From contig OX597816.1 in the NCBI GenBank assembly GCA_951406725.2, positions 163,246,001 to 163,310,000 of the forward strand: a stretch of DNA of 64,000 bases. The letters run 5' to 3'. Under the pieces are notes generated by a model, which did no database searches, had not been told where the DNA came from, and saw nothing but the letters and a program-made list of their open reading frames with translations. Position 1 is the stretch's first letter; each line of letters opens with the position of its first letter. The translations under genes were made by a program, and so were the position numbers. Of this stretch, positions 56,991 through 64,000 are shown in pieces. Source of the DNA: Octopus vulgaris (lineage: Eukaryota).

Positions 56991-57767
56991 ACTATGTATA
57001 TGACGGGCTTCTTTCAGTTTCCGTCTACCAAATACCACTCACAAAGATCTAGCAGGCCCAAAGCTATAGTAGAAGATGCCACACAGAGGGACTGAACCCG
57101 GAACCATGAGGTTAGAAAGTAAACGTCTTACCACGCAGCCAATTAGCGTTTAACTTTGAGTCTCCAACTTGTGAATTTAATCACATCATTTTGAGCTAAT
57201 TACTGTCATTTGATTAGCCCTGCCGCGATTTACCTTGCAATATTTAAATCATCTGTCCTATAATTACTTCCCTTGTAAAATATATAATTACATTCCTTCG
57301 TATTAACCATTCCTATTAACCATTTTCTATTAATTATTCCTTTTGAACTGCTTTCCCTTCGAATGAGCTCTGCTATTTCATCCTGCATCATTTAAGTAAT
57401 CCACTTTCTAATTATGTTCTTCTGATAATCAAAATTTTTACTTCGATTGCTACTATTTTATCTCGGTAGGGATATTTTGGGAACTGGCGATTTGACGCTA
57501 CATGCATCACACATCGAATTATGCGCAAAACCTATTTGGTATGGAACCTTTCGATGCCCAGAAAATTGGTTTTATTTTATGTAAAAACTAGGTCTTCTTT
57601 CGTAGTTGAGTATGAATGCCACTCACCACTCGTAAACTATACAATAATGTAGAGATGCTCATAATTTCCAACTAAAATAATTAAGAAATTTTACTGTGCA
57701 TTTGCCATGCAAAAGAAGATAATGCTATATTTTCCTTTTATTTTTCTTTACAATATATTTCATTAAA

Positions 57768-58048
57768 GTGGAGGCGCAATGGCCCAGTGGTTAGGGCAGC
57801 GGACTCGCGGTCGGAGGATCGCGGTTTCGATTCCGAGACCGGGCGTTTTGTGTGTTTATTGACCGAAAACACCTAAAAGCTTCACAAGGCTCCGGCAGTG
57901 GGTGGTGGCGACCCCTGTAGTACTCTTTCGCCCCAACTTTCTCTCACTCTCTCTGGCGTCCCGTCTGGGGGGAACAACTACGCCACAGAAAGCAGAAAAC
58001 CGGGCCCATGAGCCTGGCTAGGCTTTAAAAGGGCGAGAAAAATAAAAA
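57768..58048 (+). mobile_element. SINE with type A head and a third tail; 13-bp TSD
   Basis: TSD atatttcattaaa at 57755-57767 and 58049-58061. Confidence 0.88.
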
Positions 58049-58063
58049 ATATTTCATTAAATA

Positions 58064-58295
58064 GGGCGACGAGCTGGCTGAGTCGTTAGCACGCTGGGCG
58101 AAATACCAAGCGGTATTTCGTCTGCCGTTACGTTTTGAGTTCAAATTCGGCCGATGTCGACTTTACCTTTCATCCTTTCGGGGTCGATTAAATAAGTACC
58201 AGTTATGCACTGGGGTCGATCTAATCGACTTAATCCCCTTGACTACCCTTGTTTCTCCACTCTATGTTTAGCCCCCTGCGGGCAATAAATAAATA
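58064..58295 (+). mobile_element. SINE type C
   Basis: Family match. Confidence 0.88.
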
Positions 58296-58429
58296 ATTTC
58301 AATAAATTTGTTCGTTTGTCACAAATGCGCACTCACCTGGTCTCTCACTTTCCCCCTTTCTTACCTCCTCTCAACACACATACGACACATGTATAAATGT
58401 ATACACTTTTCTCTCTTTAACTCTTTTAC

Positions 58430-58964
<535 letters not shown>

Positions 58965-59240
58965 ACAGGTGTTATGCATGAGGTACTTCAAGTTTTATGC
59001 TGCATAGTGCAGTATTCGATAGCTACAATATCCGAACATGAAACTTAAGTAAATCGAGTTTAACTCCTATATTCAAAATATGATATTCACCTCTCGCTAC
59101 TTATTGCTCTGGGAACTTTTTCTGATCTTTTCAACAAGCAAACAGTACACTGTGAATATATGTGTGTGAATACGAGGGTGTTCCAAAATGTAACTACATG
59201 TGGATTATTGGCGATTTTTTTCTGCCGTCTACTGTCTCCT

Positions 59241-59275
59241 GTTTCTGAAGAAGAGCTTTGCTCGAAATGTATAAC
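59241..59275 (+). ncRNA. Minimal hammerhead motif, same family as 54823
   Basis: gttt-CUGAAGA-A-GAGCuuuGCUC-GAAA-UG-UA-taac. The downstream tail is homologous to 54858-54945. Confidence 0.7.
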
Positions 59276-59370
59276 ACCCTTTCTTTCCTTCCCTGGGCGT
59301 CTTTTAATACTTTGCATGTACCACGTCCGCGTTGCTGTATTTTTCTTGTAATTTTTCTTCGTTTTTTATA

Positions 59371-59497
<127 letters not shown>

Positions 59498-60433
59498 CAT
59501 ACATACATACACACACACACAGAAATATATATATAGATGGTTTAAAAGGAAGACACGAGTTAATATATATGGAAAAAAGTCAAAGTAGAAAATGCTAAAA
59601 TGATTTTATAAAAAACATTTCAGTACAGGTTTCAGCCATTGAGACTTTTTCAACTGTAAGTATGGAAAACAATTAAATTTTGGAAAACAATTATAAGAAA
59701 CAATTTTTAAAAGAATATTTGCATAGTGTTAAAAAAAAGGGGGACAATTTCCTTGTTTCTGCCTGTTTCTGTGTCTCTTGTTCACTCTTGTATCAAGAGT
59801 AAATATATATAAATGTATATATATATATGTATGTATGTATGTATGTATATATATAGTTAAAGAGAGAGAGACAGACAGACAGACAGACATATTTGCTTAT
59901 GTTTGTTTCTCTGTGTATAGATGTATGATCACTCGAGCGTGTCTGACTTCACAGCGAAATCTTTCATTGGCAAAAGACGCATAAAAAGAGGCTATCATCA
60001 AAAGAGTAAAGCTACCAACTTCAATTACCTATCGGTCAATTCCGTATTTAATTTGATATTATAGTTATCTCGTTTTAATTATCTCCCTTGCATAATTTGA
60101 TTTTTTTTTTTAATCCCTGTTAATTCTCCGGAAGCAGGTGCTGCAGTTTGAAAGAAACTATTTTTAACAATGAATTAATGTCCTTTTCTAATTTCTGTTA
60201 CATCTAGAGCTGCTTCGCTACAAAAGATATTTCTTAGAAACATCAACAGATCTGGAGGAAAGTTCAGAAGATATCTTATATTTCATACAAACTTGAACAT
60301 TTTCGTTACAAGCTGAGTTATATAGAACGAAAAACAACAAAGTAGCAGCGGAATATGGAACGACAGATACACACGTTGATGTTTATATATATATATATAT
60401 ACACACACATACATGAGTATGTATATATATATG

Positions 60434-60487
<54 letters not shown>

Positions 60488-60718
60488 ATATATATATAAC
60501 TTTTTACTCTTTTTACTTGTTTCAGTCATTTGACTGCGGCCATGCTGGAGCACCGCCTTTAATCGAGCAACTTGACCCCAGGACTTATTCTTTTGTAAGC
60601 CCAGTACTTATTCTATCGGTCTCTTTTTGCCGAACCGCTAAGTAACGGGGTCATAAACACACCAGCATCGGTTGTCAAGCAATGCTAGGGGACAAACACG
60701 AAAACACAAACACACACA

Positions 60719-60788
<70 letters not shown>

Positions 60789-60858
60789 CATATATACGAC
60801 GGGCTTCTTTCAGTTTCCGTCTACCAAATCCACTCACAAGGCTTTGGTCGGCCCGAGG

Positions 60859-60925
<67 letters not shown>

Positions 60926-61267
60926 GTAACACTATCTTATATATATATATTATTTTGTTAAGGTTATTTCAACAGATATTCTGTAAAACTTATACCCAGC
61001 ACTAAATTTTGCTCCAAGTTTCGTATCGTGACGTCAGATGTAAACAAACAATGTGATTGAAGACACACATATATAGATATATACATATATATATATATAC
61101 ATATATATATATTGTTGAGATCTATACAAACAAATTTTTTATGTATAAAAGATGAAGATAGAAATAGACCATAAGTAAGTCTAAAACATTTCAATCTAAG
61201 GAAATATAATAGAAATGATTTTAAAGTATTATATAAAGAGAATATTACTGGTATCGATGAATCTCAT

Positions 61268-61674
61268 CTCTTTTACTCTTTTACTTGTTTCAGTCATTTG
61301 ACTGCGGCCATGCTGGAGCACCGCCTTTAGTCGAGCAAATCGACCCCGGGACTTATTCTTTGTAAGCCCAGTACTTATTCTATCGGTCTCTTTTTGCCGA
61401 ACCGCTAAGTGACGGGGACGTAAACACACCAGCATCGGTTGTCAAGAAAGGCTAGGAGGACAAACACAGACACACAAACACACACACACATATTTTATAT
61501 ATATATATACATATATACGACAGGCTTCTTTCAGTTTCCGTCTACCAAATCCACTCACAAGGCATTGGTCGGTCCGGGGCTATAGCAGAAGACACTTGCC
61601 CAAAATGCCACGCAGTGGGACTGAACCCGGAACCATATGGTTGGTAAGCAAGCTACTTACCACACAGCCACTCC
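61268..61674 (-). mobile_element. SINE type B, full length (truncated copy at 60500-60861)
   Basis: Family match. Confidence 0.92.
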
Positions 61675-62223
61675 TTGATGTATAATCAGTTTATCTTCTG
61701 TTTGTGGTTCAAGAACATATACATACATACATACATACATACATACATACATACATACATACATACATACATACATACATACATACATACATACATACAT
61801 ACATGCATGCATATAAGCCAGCCCCATACTCAATTCGTCCTGTCGAAAGACCCTTGTCCTACGTCCTGGTTTTGTTTTGTTGTTTATTTTTTATACTTTA
61901 TTTTACCGTTATTGTTTTTACGTTTTTGTATTCTTATTGTTGTCACGTATTCTGTATTTTTGTTCGTGTACTTCGTTCGTTTTCCGTCCTCGTGTTGTAT
62001 ACATTCGAAGCTTTCTTCCAGGGGATCTAATGCACTTGGCTTAGATTTCCCTTGGCGGGCTGCCCATATCGGAGCAATCTCAAGATTAATCAGCCGAAAT
62101 TGCTAAGATGATCTGGTTCTTGACTGATGACTGAGGGCTTCGAATGTCCCGTCCTGTGGTTCTTGTGTCGTCTCTGTGGCGTTTCATGTTCTTGTCCATG
62201 TCTGTAATTATTTTGACTGTTTA

Positions 62224-62268
<45 letters not shown>

Positions 62269-62372
62269 GTATATATAAATGTATGTGCGCGCGCGTGTGT
62301 GTATAGATTAAATAAAATGAGACAACAGAGTCAAGGCAGTGTGAAATTTCTCGGACATTTATAAAGAGAAAG

Positions 62373-62426
62373 GTAGTCTTACAGCTGTTTCAGGGATATA
62401 AAAGAAATCCCGCCGTCAGAGACAAC
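62373..62426 (-). ncRNA. Type I hammerhead motif (A9G)
   Basis: gtct-CUGACGG-c-GGGAU...AUCCC-u-GAAAC-agcu-GUA-agac. Confidence 0.65.
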
Positions 62427-62554
62427 ATGAGAGAATCAAATAGAAGGAAATAGTAGAGATCAATACAAGAAGCGTTAAACTAATACACTTGCTTGTTGTT
62501 CATACACTTGTCTTCGTCTTTTGTTTTCCTATAAATTTCAACAATACATATATA

Positions 62555-62685
62555 CAGGGTCTCCCAAAAAAATGTATACACATAGTGGTTCGGCAAAAGA
62601 GAACGATAGAATAAGTACTAGGCTTACAAAGAATAACAAATTTACAATTATTTAAGGTGTGTATACATTTTTTGGGGACACCCTG
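62555..62685. mobile_element. Tc1/mariner-type MITE containing a SINE B fragment
   Basis: TIRs cagggtctcccaaaaaaatgtatacaca / tgtgtatacattttttggggacaccctg with TA flanks. Confidence 0.88.
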
Positions 62686-62793
62686 TATATATACATGGCA
62701 CTGCATGTAACGATTGCATTGTTCAATTAAATGGAGCCGCTTGAAACGGTCGTGCTGTATCAGTACTTGATATCCTATTGCTTATTTTGATCA

Positions 62794-62858
<65 letters not shown>

Positions 62859-62957
62859 GTTCCACTTGAATGTTATTTTGTTTAGGCTTGCTTCACTTTT
62901 ACAACAGATTGCCAACAAAGTCATTCCGTTGATGGTGTTGGTATTAATCTTGTTGAA

Positions 62958-63189
62958 TGCGGCGAGCTGGCAGAAACGTTAGCACGCCGGGCGAAATGCG
63001 TAGCCCTATTTCGTCTGCCGTTACGTTCTGAGTTCAAATTCCGCCGAAGTCGACTTTGCCTTTCATCCATTCGGGGTCGATAAATTAAGTACCAGTTACG
63101 CACTGGGGTCGATGTAATCGACTTAATACGTTTGTCTGTCCTTGTTTGTTCCCTCTATGTTTAGCCCCCTTGTGGGTAATAGAGAAACA
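62958..63189 (+). mobile_element. SINE type C with TSD-like direct repeat
   Basis: ggtattaatcttg at 62940-62952 and 63190-63202. Confidence 0.9.
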
Positions 63190-63245
63190 GGTATTAATCT
63201 TGATGTTGTTGATGTTGATCGGGTCTCATCGAGCCTTGATTTTGC

Positions 63246-63276
<31 letters not shown>

Positions 63277-63824
63277 AGTGCCTTGGGTACCGCCATTGTC
63301 TTCGTCGTCGTCGTCGTCGTTGTTCTTTATGGTTAATATACTCTGCTTACGGGATGTTTTGAGGTGCGGACGACAAGAGTATGCAATGAAACCGAAATTT
63401 ATGGAAGTTAGCCGAATAAACAAAAGCCACTGTGTGATAAAATATCTCTGATTGTATGTATCTACGTACGTATGTGTGTATGTGCGTATGAGTATGTGTG
63501 TATGTGTGTGTGTGTTTCTGTGTACGTGTATTTCTCTGCATGTGTTTCTGTGTATGTGCATTTCTCTGCGTGTGTTTGTGTAAATTTTAACTTCATTTAG
63601 TTTCAGTCAGATCTGTTTCGTAATGTAAGTTATGTCTCTATAGTTTTTCTCCAACACGCTTTCATCATCTCTCCCTTCTCCCCTGTCGTTTTCCTCTTCG
63701 GCCTCAATTTTGACACATCTGTTTTCACCTCTCACTTCCTCTCGTATCCACTCTTCCTTTTTATTCCATCTCTCTTTTACTCACGAATTTTTCTTTGGTG
63801 GTGAAGGTATGTTTATGTATATAC

Positions 63825-63892
<68 letters not shown>

Positions 63893-64000
63893 ATATATAA
63901 ACACACTATAGATATGCATAAAACGCATAAATAATAGTTTAAATACAGACACATACCCACGTGTTGCATACACACATTTACATATACATAAACATACACA

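Overview
This is AT-rich eukaryotic DNA saturated with microsatellites ((TA)n, (CA)n, (CATA)n, (GATA)n, (AAT)n, (GAA)n, (GAT)n). The repeat landscape resembles an octopus/coleoid cephalopod genome (my inference, not a database result). No host protein-coding gene can be supported, and nearly all listed ORFs are microsatellite read-throughs. The window holds at least four tRNA-derived SINE types, LINE remnants (CR1/L2-like, RTE-like, R4/Dong-like with RLE), a decayed Penelope-like (PLE) reverse transcriptase, Tc1/mariner and hAT-like DNA elements, and Helitrons. The most notable signal is a dense set of about a dozen minimal type I hammerhead-ribozyme motifs from several unrelated sequence families. 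The clearer copies lie about 50-250 nt upstream of a (TA)n tract, and one sits in a clear inverted plus partial-tandem (pseudo-LTR/retrozyme-like) structure at 37.6-38.5 kb. A second notable signal is an apparently unique GC-rich island at about 49.9-50.6 kb with a 43-bp near-perfect hairpin, a second hairpin and two splice-donor motifs. Coordinates were counted by hand and element ends may be off by a few bases.
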